A stretch of 64,000 nucleotides of DNA from an uncultured Nitrospiraceae bacterium (GTDB lineage Bacteria > Nitrospirota > Thermodesulfovibrionia > Thermodesulfovibrionales > Dissulfurispiraceae). The stretch spans positions 21,043 through 85,042 of the forward strand of contig CAMTVO010000020.1 of the NCBI GenBank assembly GCA_947085205.1, given 5' to 3'. This document shows positions 19,831-29,637 of the stretch, piece by piece (positions within the stretch are counted from its first letter, which is position 1; every line of letters starts with the position of its first letter). The notes under the pieces were generated by a model. That model did no database searches. It saw only the letters and a program-made list of their open reading frames with translations, and was not told where the DNA came from. A program made the position numbers and the translations under genes.

Positions 19831-20472
19831 TTATAAATTCAGGGTAGTGTCTGCCTTTACATTTTTTACCGACTGCTCATCGAAGGTTACATAAACGGAT
19901 GTCCTGCCTGATTTTTCGGAATGAAAATCCATGGTCATTTTTGTCAATCTATCCGACATCTCAGGACTTAGCCCTTCGCATATAGAGTCGTATATCATCA
20001 ATTCGGGTTCCATGAGCATTGCCCTCACAAGACCTATAATCTTTTTTTCATGAAACGGCAACGGCCCGGGAAGTCTTCCCATCAATTCCTTGAGATATGA
20101 AATCTCTATCCCTGCCTCTTTGAATTTTTGAATGGCTTTCTCTTCCATATCCTCCGGCTTTTTCCCTGTGTGATACCATGCAGGTAGCACTATATTCTCC
20201 CATACCTTGAGATTGCTGATTAAACCCCCGTCCTTCAAAACCGTCCCGACCCTGCTGAAAAGTCTGTTTAGCTCCTTTTCGGAAAGGACATACACTTCTT
20301 CATCGAATAAAAAGACCCTGCCGTGTTCCGGCCTTTGGAGTCCCAGAATGACGTTGAGCAATTTTCTGTTTTCATAATCCGAGTTTGTGACAACCTTGTA
20401 TACGGAGCCTCCCCTTATCCTGAAGGAGAGGGCATTAAAATCTTCCGTGGTTATGTTTTCGAGCCTTATCAT
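19831..20472 (-). CDS. ABC ATPase-like protein (MlaF-like) with degenerate Walker A and signature motifs
   Basis: GLQRPEHGRV, GGLISNLKVWENI and RAMLMEPELMIYD are present. The Walker A position reads TNSDYENRK and the signature position LPFHE. Confidence 0.8.
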   Translation of the reverse strand: MIRLENITTEDFNALSFRIRGGSVYKVVTNSDYENRKLLNVILGLQRPEHGRVFLFDEEVYVLSEKELNRLFSRVGTVLKDGGLISNLKVWENIVLPAWYHTGKKPEDMEEKAIQKFKEAGIEISYLKELMGRLPGPLPFHEKKIIGLVRAMLMEPELMIYDSICEGLSPEMSDRLTKMTMDFHSEKSGRTSVYVTFDEQSVKNVKADTTLNL

Positions 20473-21245
20473 GCGAACGATATAAGGGTAATTATACCAT
20501 CAAATATGAATACTAAAAATAGGCTTTGCATAACCGCTCTTGTGGCTGCCTGCGGAATCTCTGTTATTGAAGACTTAACGCTGAATCCCTGGTAGCACGA
20601 AACTATAGAGATCAACAGTCCAAACACAAGGCTTTTTAATAAAGAGACAACCACCTCGAATATGCGGAGCGCTGAAAAGATACCCTTAAGATGCTGCAAA
20701 AAAGGCAGTTCCATGAAAATAGATGTGAATGCCAGTCCGCCTGCAATTGCCATCACCTGAAAGTAAAATGCGAGTATAAAGACAGAGACCGTAATCCCTG
20801 CAACCCTCGGAACAATGAGATAATCAAAAGGATTAATCCCCATAATCCTGAGGCTGTCGGTCTCCCTGTTGACCTTCATCGAGCCGAGCTCCGACGAAAT
20901 GGCAGTGCCGCTTCTTGCTATGATTATTATGGCTGCAAATAGCGGGCCGAGTTCCCTTACCACTGTCCAGATTAATATCTTGCCTGTAAGTACTGCATTT
21001 GAGCCAACAAGATTCACTATCTGGGTGATGATAACGATTCCTATCAATATCCCGATTGCAGCCACTTTGCTCAGGGCTTCTATCCCTGTGAAATATATTT
21101 GTTTGTAAAATACAGAACGGATTGGCGCTCTTCGCAGCAATGAAATGTTTCTGATGGAGTAGCAGAGCAGTTCATAATAGCCCTCTAAATATTTAAAGGC
21201 ATTGATTATGTTCCTCCCAATTTTCTGAGCAGTTGTTGTCATCAA
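20469..21245 (-). CDS. MlaE-family ABC permease
   Basis: VRELGPLFAAIIIIARSGTAISSELGSMKV and YLIVPRV. Confidence 0.92.
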   Translation of the reverse strand: MMTTTAQKIGRNIINAFKYLEGYYELLCYSIRNISLLRRAPIRSVFYKQIYFTGIEALSKVAAIGILIGIVIITQIVNLVGSNAVLTGKILIWTVVRELGPLFAAIIIIARSGTAISSELGSMKVNRETDSLRIMGINPFDYLIVPRVAGITVSVFILAFYFQVMAIAGGLAFTSIFMELPFLQHLKGIFSALRIFEVVVSLLKSLVFGLLISIVSCYQGFSVKSSITEIPQAATRAVMQSLFLVFIFDGIITLISFA

Positions 21246-21365
21246 TCAAATTTTATCATAATCAGACGATTTTGAACGGAGAATAAAGAAAAAATTAATG
21301 TTTAAGGTTTTTTGAAATATGATAGAATTGAAATACTTAGAGTTCAAGTGGAAGCATATCCTGAA

Positions 21366-22064
21366 ATGAAAAGAGACAAAAATGCGGCATTGATTATGGA
21401 GTTTCTCAAAGAGCTCCCTGTCTTCAAGGGTCTCTCTGACAGCCATTTAATGCAGTTGTCCGGCGATTTCATTATCCGCAATATAAATAAAGGCAAGACC
21501 ATATTTTACCAGTCGGACAACAGCACAGACCTTTACATCGTCCTTGAGGGCGCAGTGAGGGCATCTCTCCTGAACAATGAAGGAGAGGAGATGATACTTG
21601 CGATATTCTGCAAGGGTGACTTTTTCGGAGAGATGAGCCTCCTCGACGGCAAGCCGAGGTCTGCAACAATGATAGCAATGGAAGACGCATCTCTCGGCAT
21701 ACTAAAAAGGGAGAAGTTCCTCCTTGCAGTCAAAAATAACCCCATGATTGCTATTGACCTGCTCTCGGCAATTGTCCAGAGGATGAGAATGGCAAACGGG
21801 ATGATAGAGTCGCTCGCCTTTTTAGATGTCGGTCAGAGGCTTGTGAGGCTTCTTATGCAGATAGCCCGGACAGAGGGAGAGAAAGATAAGAGCGGTTTTT
21901 TCAGGATAAAAAGGCTTACCCACAGGGAACTTGCAGCACACACAGGCGCATCAAGGGAAGCCATAACCAAGGTTATGAAGGTACTTGCCTTTAGAGATGT
22001 AGTAAAAGAGGAAGACGGTTATTTCCTGATTTCTCCTGATGCAGAAGATGTGTATAACGAATAA
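21366..22064 (+). CDS. Crp/Fnr-family transcriptional regulator
   Basis: cNMP-binding domain (GDFFGEMSLLDGKPRSAT) and HTH (LTHRELAAHTGASREAITK). ATG 21366 preferred as start. Confidence 0.92.
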   Translation: MKRDKNAALIMEFLKELPVFKGLSDSHLMQLSGDFIIRNINKGKTIFYQSDNSTDLYIVLEGAVRASLLNNEGEEMILAIFCKGDFFGEMSLLDGKPRSATMIAMEDASLGILKREKFLLAVKNNPMIAIDLLSAIVQRMRMANGMIESLAFLDVGQRLVRLLMQIARTEGEKDKSGFFRIKRLTHRELAAHTGASREAITKVMKVLAFRDVVKEEDGYFLISPDAEDVYNE

Positions 22065-22082
22065 CAATGCAGTGAAATATGC

Positions 22083-22125
22083 AAGTGAATTTTCACTTGA
22101 CACTATAAGTACGCCATTCTACACT
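22083..22125 (+). promoter_or_regulatory. Palindromic operator-like motif + sigma70-type promoter
   Basis: AAGTGAA-TT-TTCACTT overlapping TTGACA-N17-TACACT. Confidence 0.7.
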
Positions 22126-22177
22126 TACTTAATCTGTGCGGTATTAAAGTTTGGCTGAATCAGGAGGGTTTATTTCG

Positions 22178-23365
22178 GTGTATAAAAATGTGGTTTTGAT
22201 TTTTCTGTTTGTCTGTGTTTTTTTCGTATCAGAAGGACTGTGCGAGGTAAAATGTATTGACTCGGAAGGCGAAGCTGTCATCATGAACAATGATGTTCCC
22301 TCTGCAAAGGCAGAGGCCATTGCGCGGGCGAAATGGTCAGCTATTGAACAGACCGTTGGTGTTGAGGTAAAGGCACAATCTGTAGTCCAGAATATGGCCC
22401 TTGTTGACGATGCTGTGAGCAAGCAGATAAGAGGTGTGGTTACAGGGCATAAAATAGTGAAGGAAGAAAACAGGAAGGACACTATTTGGGTAAAAATAAA
22501 TGCCTGTGTAGAACCCACAAAGGCCAAGGAAGCGGTTTCATCTCTTGCGCTTAATAATTCTATAGCCGTGTTTATACCTGCAAGAAAGCCGAAAGTAGTA
22601 AAGGAATTCGAAGAGAAATACAAAACCCCTTACGGCAAAACACAGAGGAGCGGGCTTGAGACAAGGGACGAATATGACGAGACGAATATACTGTCCGAAA
22701 CGCTCATAGGCAGACTTATCGAGCAGGGGTATACGGTTGCCGATGTAGCTCCTACCCACGCAATGGAGGCGAGGGAAGTAGAGGACGCGATAAAAAGCGG
22801 CAATTTTCTTACGCTGAGAACCCTTATGTATAAGTTTCTTTCCAACGTGATCCTCATAGGCAAGGTAGATTACGCCATTTCCACAAGGAAGGGTGAGGAT
22901 ATAGGATACGGGGTCTCCATGCCTTTTAATAATGTGACCGTAAGGCTTACGTACCGCATCGTAATCCGCGATGCCTCGGGCAGAACGGTTATTCTTACCG
23001 CAGGAACCGAAGAAGGGAAAGGGCTTGCGATTAACGTGGAAAATGCCGCTGCCAACGGCATGAAGGATCTGTCGCAAAAGATTACGCCGGCTATTCTTGA
23101 AAAGGTTTCCCGGTATATAAAGGGAGTTGCAAAGAAGGTGCAGGTCAAGGTTACAGGCGTTAGTGATATGAGCACCAATTTTGAGGTCAAGGAAATTCTC
23201 CAGAATATAGCATGGGTAACGAATGTTGAAGAAAAGGGCCTCGGCGAGTTTATCGTAAGCTATCCTGAAAATTCGGTATACCTGGCAAACAGCATAAGCC
23301 AGAAGAGCAATTTAAAAATAATAGAATTTTCACCATATGCGATAACTGCTGTATATCATAAATAA
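22178..23365 (+). CDS. FlgT-like exported protein (FlgT-N/LPP20-like N-domain)
   Basis: GTG start after AGGAGG; signal peptide; SEGEAVI...AKAEAIARAKWSAIEQTVGV; alpha/beta middle domain. Confidence 0.65.
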   Translation: MYKNVVLIFLFVCVFFVSEGLCEVKCIDSEGEAVIMNNDVPSAKAEAIARAKWSAIEQTVGVEVKAQSVVQNMALVDDAVSKQIRGVVTGHKIVKEENRKDTIWVKINACVEPTKAKEAVSSLALNNSIAVFIPARKPKVVKEFEEKYKTPYGKTQRSGLETRDEYDETNILSETLIGRLIEQGYTVADVAPTHAMEAREVEDAIKSGNFLTLRTLMYKFLSNVILIGKVDYAISTRKGEDIGYGVSMPFNNVTVRLTYRIVIRDASGRTVILTAGTEEGKGLAINVENAAANGMKDLSQKITPAILEKVSRYIKGVAKKVQVKVTGVSDMSTNFEVKEILQNIAWVTNVEEKGLGEFIVSYPENSVYLANSISQKSNLKIIEFSPYAITAVYHK

Positions 23366-23386
23366 GAATAGGAGGAAGTAAGATTT

Positions 23387-24358
23387 ATGAAGAAGTCAAT
23401 GATTTTAAAATTAGTGCTGATGATTATATTTTGTGGATATGTAACATTCCAATCTCCGCATGCATTTGCTGGCATTAAAAAAATAGCCGTTCTTGATTTT
23501 GAAGATGCATCTGCGACTATGCAAAACCAAGCAAAAAATCCATTGTATGTAATTATGGCATTAAAGGGGCAGCCGCTGCCTCAAAATGAGAAAGGCAAAA
23601 TTGGAAGGGCGGTCGCAGACATGCTAATTACAGAGTTAGTAAAAGACGGAACATTTAAAGTAGTAGAGAGGAGCCAGCTTGAGAAAATCTTAAGCGAACA
23701 GAAATTATCTGTAAGTGGAGTTATTGATCCTTCAGAGGTGGCTAAACTGGGAAAGATATTGGGAGTAAGTGCTGTTATTGCGGGGAGCGTTACCCAGTTT
23801 AATACAGATACATCTACAACGGGCATTCTGGGTATAGGAGTTAAAACAACTACAGCAAAGGTTGCAGTGAATGCAAGATTAATAGACACATCGACTGCTG
23901 AGGTATTAGTAGCAGTACAAGGGAATGGAGAAGAAGCAAAATCAGGAGTAAAGGTTGGAGATTTGGTTAATGTAGACCATTCGGAGTTTGAAAACTCTCT
24001 TATGGGTATCGCAACTAAAAAGGCAGTCGAAGATATTATTAAGCAGGTAAAGGAGCAATCATCAAAATTGAAGGATGCTGTTATAAATACAACTGTTGTG
24101 TATTTTGATAAGAATAACAAAAGCTGTATTATTGATGCTGGAAAAGAAGCAGGCATCGAAAAAGACATGCCATTATATGTAATAAAGATTATTAAAGAGA
24201 TAAAAAGTCCTTCGACAGGGGCTGTTATAAAACGAATAACGGATGTAATTGCGGAATTAAAAGTAACAGAAGTAGACAAGGCATCTGCAACTGCTATTTG
24301 TATTGAAGGAAAATGTGATGAAATCAGAGAGATGGATGTTGTTTCTACCGCCAAATGA
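23387..24358 (+). CDS. CsgG/HfaB-family protein with FlgT-C-like tail
   Basis: IAVLDF, DMLITELV...FKVVERSQLEKILSEQ, GKILGV..VIAGSVTQF and ARLIDTSTAEV; C-terminal IDAG...G. Confidence 0.85.
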   Translation: MKKSMILKLVLMIIFCGYVTFQSPHAFAGIKKIAVLDFEDASATMQNQAKNPLYVIMALKGQPLPQNEKGKIGRAVADMLITELVKDGTFKVVERSQLEKILSEQKLSVSGVIDPSEVAKLGKILGVSAVIAGSVTQFNTDTSTTGILGIGVKTTTAKVAVNARLIDTSTAEVLVAVQGNGEEAKSGVKVGDLVNVDHSEFENSLMGIATKKAVEDIIKQVKEQSSKLKDAVINTTVVYFDKNNKSCIIDAGKEAGIEKDMPLYVIKIIKEIKSPSTGAVIKRITDVIAELKVTEVDKASATAICIEGKCDEIREMDVVSTAK

Positions 24359-24374
24359 GATAATAACTTAATCG

Positions 24375-24417
24375 ATGTGAAAATTACCTTTACATAGGCT
24401 TTCAGAGGGAGTAAACT
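24375..24417 (+). promoter_or_regulatory. Operator-like motif + sigma70-type promoter
   Basis: ATGTGAAAATTACCTT overlapping TTTACA-N17-TAAACT. Confidence 0.7.
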
Positions 24418-24455
24418 TGCTTCAGAATGGCAAATGAAAACAGGAGGTGTTGTAA

Positions 24456-25670
24456 ATGAATAAAAAATGCATGTCGGTATTCTTAAGTTTATTGTCACTG
24501 GTCTTTATCTTTGGATGCACAAAGCAGGAGGTTGCGAAATGTACATCTCCCGAGGACAATCCCCAGCATCACTATCTAATGGGAATGAAGGCTCTTGAGG
24601 AAGGGAAAATTGACGTTGCGCAGAGCAAGTTCGACAGGGCTGTTTACTGCGAAGAAAAATTCTCTCCTGCTTACAGCGGACTTGCCGTTGTAACTGCAGA
24701 GAAGGTTAAAAAACAGACAGATGCGGGATTTAGAAAGGTTGAGATTGACAGGGCGATGGAATATCTGAAAAAGGCAAATAAACTCTCAGAAACCAATGAA
24801 GATAAGTTTGATTACCTTATGGCAGCTATCAGGGTTCATACCGCCCTCAAACCGAACAACTGGCTTAAAACAGTAGAAGAGGCCTTTGGAGATATTCGTG
24901 AATTAAAAGTTGATGAAAATAAATTGATATACTATCAGGGCACCGAGGCCGCACAGTATTTCATGGGCCTTGCCTATCTCGAGGCGCTCGAATTCCAGCA
25001 GGCAAGAGATAAATTTGCTGATGTGCTTAATGCAAAGAGAGAGGGTAAATGGCATGAAAGGGCTGACAAGGCATGGAAAAAGGCAGACAAGATTGTCCGT
25101 GCAATGGCTGGAATAACAGTTGGTGATGTCGGCAAAAAAATAGCTGTCAAGGATACCGTTACACGCGGTGATTTAGCAGCACTGCTTATTGACGAAATGA
25201 AGATTGATAAACTCTTTGCAGGCCGTATACCTGTTCAATCCATGATTGATAAAATGAAGGCTGAATTTACACCTGCAGATATACTGAATTACCATTTTAA
25301 GGAAGAGATACTTACGATCATGAAGTGGAAGGTAAGGGGATTGGAGCCGAAATACGATACCGCAACTCAGGCGTATCTCTTTAAGCCTACGGATGTGGTG
25401 AAACGCGGGGAGATGGCGTTTATCCTCGAAGACGTTTTGATAAAGCTCACCGGAGACGAGAAGATAGCAACGGCGTTTTTCGGCCATGCGAAATCGCCGT
25501 TCCCTGATGTAAGGGCGACTTCACCGTTTTATAACGCGGTTATGAATATGACGTCGAGAGGAATAATGGAAGGCGAGCTTTCCGGTGATTTCAGGATAGA
25601 TGCGCCTGTGGATGGGGCGGAGGCGCTTCTTGCCCTGAGGGTGTTGAAACAAAAAATGAATATTTATTAA
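24456..25670 (+). CDS. TPR lipoprotein with S-layer homology (SLH)-like repeats
   Basis: Lipobox IFG|C; TPR-like helices; VTRGDLA, FKPTDVVKRGEMA and FPDV....FYNAV...SRGIMEG. Confidence 0.75.
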   Translation: MNKKCMSVFLSLLSLVFIFGCTKQEVAKCTSPEDNPQHHYLMGMKALEEGKIDVAQSKFDRAVYCEEKFSPAYSGLAVVTAEKVKKQTDAGFRKVEIDRAMEYLKKANKLSETNEDKFDYLMAAIRVHTALKPNNWLKTVEEAFGDIRELKVDENKLIYYQGTEAAQYFMGLAYLEALEFQQARDKFADVLNAKREGKWHERADKAWKKADKIVRAMAGITVGDVGKKIAVKDTVTRGDLAALLIDEMKIDKLFAGRIPVQSMIDKMKAEFTPADILNYHFKEEILTIMKWKVRGLEPKYDTATQAYLFKPTDVVKRGEMAFILEDVLIKLTGDEKIATAFFGHAKSPFPDVRATSPFYNAVMNMTSRGIMEGELSGDFRIDAPVDGAEALLALRVLKQKMNIY

Positions 25671-25697
25671 GAAACATATTTTGAAGAGGAGGAGATT

Positions 25698-26618
25698 ATG
25701 AGAAGGACAATATTTATCATGGTGTTGTTAATAATGGGGTTGACTGGCATCGCGTTTGCCCAGCAGCCGCCGTCAACTGCGGCCATTGACGCGAGGTTTG
25801 CGGCTGCCAACGAATGGTTGAACAAGAACAATCTTTCCGTTACGGCAGCGCCGGAGCAGGCGTTTATCAACGACTATATATTGGTCGTCGGGGAGGGTTT
25901 GCCGTCACCAAGCGCAAAGTCCCCCACGCAGAGGCGGTTAACCGCTGAAAGGGCTGCAACAGCGGTTGCTTATCGCCAGCTGACCGAATTCATAGAGGGG
26001 TTTGCCCTTGTTGGAGATACCCTCGTTAAGGATGCGGAGCTTCAGTATGACGTGATAAGGGTGGCTGTCGCAGGTTTTGTAAAAGGCGCACAACTGGTCT
26101 ATAAGGAATACAATCCTCAGGAAGACTCTGCCCTCGTGATAGTTAAAATAGGGATGACCGGTCCGCAAAGCTTTGCCAAGACAATGTATGAGAAGATGCT
26201 GGGCGATCCGAAAATCAAAAAAGATATTATAGGAGTGCCGGGACCTGAATACAGGCACAAACCGGTTCCGCTCGAAGAAAAATATGACGGCCTTATTATC
26301 GATGCCACGGGACAGAGCTTCAGGCCGGCGCTGATAAACAGGATATTCACGCCCAAGGGAGACGTGCTCTACGACCCGTCGAAGATAAGCCAGAAGATTT
26401 TGGTAGAGCAAGGATGCGGCGAATACACGAACAGCGTTGAAAAGGCAAAGGCCGCGCTGGAGTCAAGAGGGGTGAAGAATCCCCTTGTCGTAACCGCTTC
26501 CGGGACCGTTACGGCATCGGATTTACAGGTAAGCAACGATGACGCCGTAAGGATATATTCCGCAAACCAGAAGGCCAATTTTTTTGCCTCGGCTAAGGTG
26601 GCTTTTGTATTGAAGTAA
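25698..26618 (+). CDS. LPP20/FlgP-like exported protein
   Basis: Signal peptide; GEG......RLTAERAA..VAYRQL.E.I.G; C-domain YDGLIIDA...PAL..RIF. Confidence 0.7.
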   Translation: MRRTIFIMVLLIMGLTGIAFAQQPPSTAAIDARFAAANEWLNKNNLSVTAAPEQAFINDYILVVGEGLPSPSAKSPTQRRLTAERAATAVAYRQLTEFIEGFALVGDTLVKDAELQYDVIRVAVAGFVKGAQLVYKEYNPQEDSALVIVKIGMTGPQSFAKTMYEKMLGDPKIKKDIIGVPGPEYRHKPVPLEEKYDGLIIDATGQSFRPALINRIFTPKGDVLYDPSKISQKILVEQGCGEYTNSVEKAKAALESRGVKNPLVVTASGTVTASDLQVSNDDAVRIYSANQKANFFASAKVAFVLK

Positions 26619-26621
26619 TAA

Positions 26622-27131
26622 ATGAATACAACACAGCATACAGGATGTGGGTTTCATGCAATGAGTATTTATCGTGTCTTAGTGCCCTCATCCTTTATGC
26701 TGATTATCCTATTATTATTTTTTACTCCTGTTTTCTCACCTGTTTTCTCATCGGAAGGGGTGCAGAAATATAAACCCCTTTCAGAAGAACATATCCAGAA
26801 ACTGAAAAAGATAGCCGGATTTATTGCCGTTGAGATAAACAGGAGAGGTATAAAGACCGTAGAGGTCAGGGAGTTCACGGATATAAGGGGCAGGCCGTCG
26901 GCTGTTGGAAAGGATCTTGCAAAAGAGTTTGAAAGACAGATGGCTGCGGCGGAGGGTAGAGGCTTTGCTATAATAAAGAACAATGCAAAGGCTGTCGTTA
27001 CAGGAACTCTTACGCCGTTCAAGGAAAGAGAGAAATGGCAGATTAAGATAGAGGTAATATCGGCAGAAACAGGAGCGATAATTACGGCATACACAGGGAT
27101 TTTGAAAAAGACTAAAGGGGTGAAGAAGTGA
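26622..27131 (+). CDS. FlgO/CsgG-like small exported protein
   Basis: V.V..FTD.RG..S..G..LA.EF, VVTGT and I.VISAETGAII. Start uncertain. Confidence 0.55.
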   Translation: MNTTQHTGCGFHAMSIYRVLVPSSFMLIILLLFFTPVFSPVFSSEGVQKYKPLSEEHIQKLKKIAGFIAVEINRRGIKTVEVREFTDIRGRPSAVGKDLAKEFERQMAAAEGRGFAIIKNNAKAVVTGTLTPFKEREKWQIKIEVISAETGAIITAYTGILKKTKGVKK

Positions 27132-27288
27132 GACGGATATGTGTAGCGGCAACAATCCACCTGTCAAGGGAGCCATCTGGATTGACAAAATCCGTTTTTA
27201 TAGGGAATAGGCACTTCTTTTTTATCTTCAAAAACAGCTATTTTTGTTGGATAATATAATTGGATAATATAAGCAGGAGAGCAAAAAT

Positions 27289-28934
27289 TTGTGGAGTTGT
27301 ATTGAGAAAGAGAAAATTTTTTGTATTTTATATTTTGTTTTTTTGTTTCTAAATAATCCTGCCCATGCCAAGACTCTTATCCTCGAAGGCAAATTAAACA
27401 GCAATATTTCCGTGAATCAGCAGATAGGTTTTGGTGTAGATAAGCCTTTATCGAGGCTCACTTTTAAATTTGCCCTTCCTTCTGAATTTGCCAATAAAGC
27501 CGTTTCTCAAAAAACACACGAGTTCAATATCAAATTTGACCCTCAGCCAGTGAAGGTTGATGATGCAACCGATGAGTTCGGAAATAGATTTAAAGTAGTT
27601 ACATGGAACGATCTGAACAGGGATGTGATGGTAAACATAATCTTTGAGACGAATATAAAATCAGAGCTTTCTGCGATGGAAAGCAAAACGCCATTCCCCC
27701 TTAATCCAATCCCTCATGGTGAAAAGACTTATCTGAAACCTACGGAACTGGTTCAGAGCAGCAGCCCTGAGATCACTGCCCTTTCAAAAAAACTTACATC
27801 AGGCGCGGCAACGGAATACGAGGCTGTTAACGCAATATTGAACTATGTTGTCGACAATGTAAAATATACCTACAACCCTCCGCAATTCGATGCCTTATAT
27901 ACGATAAAGACAAGAACCGGCAACTGCCAGAACTTTGCCCATTTATCTATGGCATTACTAAGGGCGGCAGGAATACCTGCAAGGATTGTAGGAGGCATTA
28001 GCTTAAAACAGCCTCTGAAGGTTCCTGTGAGTGGCAGTGATTTCCTTGTCCAGAGCATGGGACAGGGAGGACATGCATGGATGGAGATATATTTCCCTGA
28101 CCTTGGCTGGCTCTCTTACGACCCACAGCAGTCGAAGCAGTTCACATCTTCGCGGCATATCAAGCAGACACACGGACTTGACTCTGATGATATAAACGAT
28201 ACATGGAAGGCATCCCCATATTTACCTGCCTATAGTGAACTCGTTGACGCAAAATTTCTGGAGGATATGGTGGCTCTGAAATTAAAGTCTTCAGAGAAAT
28301 ATCCCAAGGCATATCTTTTAAGCAATAATTTTCTTTCAAAGGCAGAGATAAAACCGCCAGAAAAACCTTCTGTGCCTGAGATTCCAAAACTGCCTCCGGG
28401 TAAAGTTATTGAATTCGGGAACATGGAATTTCCGAGTTTTGTTAATATTTACCAGATTGTAGGAGACAAAGGTGTAAAGATACTCGATAAAGAAACTGCG
28501 GAATATGTGACATCGAAGTATGTTTATTCGCAGGCATTTGAGATAGATGAACCCCTCGAAATAGATGTAGTCTCATTAGCCATGAGAAAATTCGGAGGCG
28601 ACGGAACATTGTATATAGACCTTGTAGCGGATGATAAGAGAAGACCGAGTCTTTCCGGGTTTCGCTCGAATCCGATTTTCATAGAGAATATTAAAAAAAG
28701 ACCCGGCTATTACTGGGTGGATTTTGCTTTTTCATCCGATACGCCTCTAAAAATAAAGAAGGGAAGGTACTGGATAGTCATGAGGCATTCAGGAGAGGTG
28801 ATAATGAACTGGTTCTATATACCCGGCAATCCTTATGGAGACAGCGACGATACCCGCTCTACATTAAAGGTTACAGATGGGAAGATATTTTAAATTTTGA
28901 TTTTGTTTTTAAGGTAAAGGCAAGAAGGGGGTAA
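27289..28934 (+). pseudogene. Exported transglutaminase-like protein, copy 1, with a 1-nt deletion near 28868
   Basis: Triad GNCQNFA / HAWME / YDP. The shifted frame continues GYRWEDILNFDFVFKVKARRG* to 28934, matching the end of the paralog at 37752-39365. Confidence 0.8.
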
Positions 28935-29011
28935 GATAAATATATTGTAAAATAAAGGATTTTATGGGATGATTAAAATAAATAAGCAATCATAAATTAA
29001 GGGGGATAACT

Positions 29012-29626
29012 ATGACAGAAATAAAGACAAAAGCTATTCTTATTGGACTATTTGTGCTTTTTTGTATGACATTCATAGGATGCGCATTTGTTGACCAGAA
29101 AGTAGACCTGGCCTATGAAAGAACTGTCAATGCGAGAGGCGGCTCCGGCGAAGTATTTATCGCAAAGCCGAAAGAACATCATAATCTTAATAAAAAGGCG
29201 AACGGCTTGGTTATCGGGACTGTAAAAAACGCAATGGGGATGAAGACAGCGGATGTGGTTACGGAAAATAATATCGGAGACTGGATTGTGGGCGCATTGG
29301 TGCAGGAGTTGAGCGTTGCAGGATATAATACAAAAACAGTATCGGCGCTGCCGCATGATGTATCAAAAGGTCTGGATTTGACGGTTTTGAAGGTATTTGT
29401 GGATCAAGACCCCGGATTCTGGACGGTCGGCGCCATAAGCGATGTGCAGTTTACAGTCGAAATATGGAAAAACAGCATTAAGGCAAAGGTATTGAATATT
29501 GCTGCAAAAGGAGATGACCGCTCAATGATGGGTTCAGCAGAAACCAAGGCGATTTCCTTACGCAAAGCAATGCAGGCTGCAATGCAGCAGGCTGTGCCTG
29601 AGATAATAAAGACATTGGAATACTAA
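29012..29626 (+). CDS. Lipoprotein (YajG-like)
   Basis: Lipobox FIG|C; IGTVKN..G..TA and WIVGALVQEL..AGY. Confidence 0.65.
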   Translation: MTEIKTKAILIGLFVLFCMTFIGCAFVDQKVDLAYERTVNARGGSGEVFIAKPKEHHNLNKKANGLVIGTVKNAMGMKTADVVTENNIGDWIVGALVQELSVAGYNTKTVSALPHDVSKGLDLTVLKVFVDQDPGFWTVGAISDVQFTVEIWKNSIKAKVLNIAAKGDDRSMMGSAETKAISLRKAMQAAMQQAVPEIIKTLEY

Positions 29627-29637
29627 AGGAGAAAAAA

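Noticed and set aside
22083..22098. Rex or canonical CRP box
   Set aside because: Half-site spacing is 2 nt shorter than TTGTGAA-N4-TTCACAA and TGTGA-N6-TCACA, so it is treated as a distinct motif.
23581..24498. 305-aa minus-strand ORF and other antisense ORFs (for example 10270-10935, 44660-45238)
   Set aside because: Shadows of well-supported genes on the opposite strand, with no motifs.
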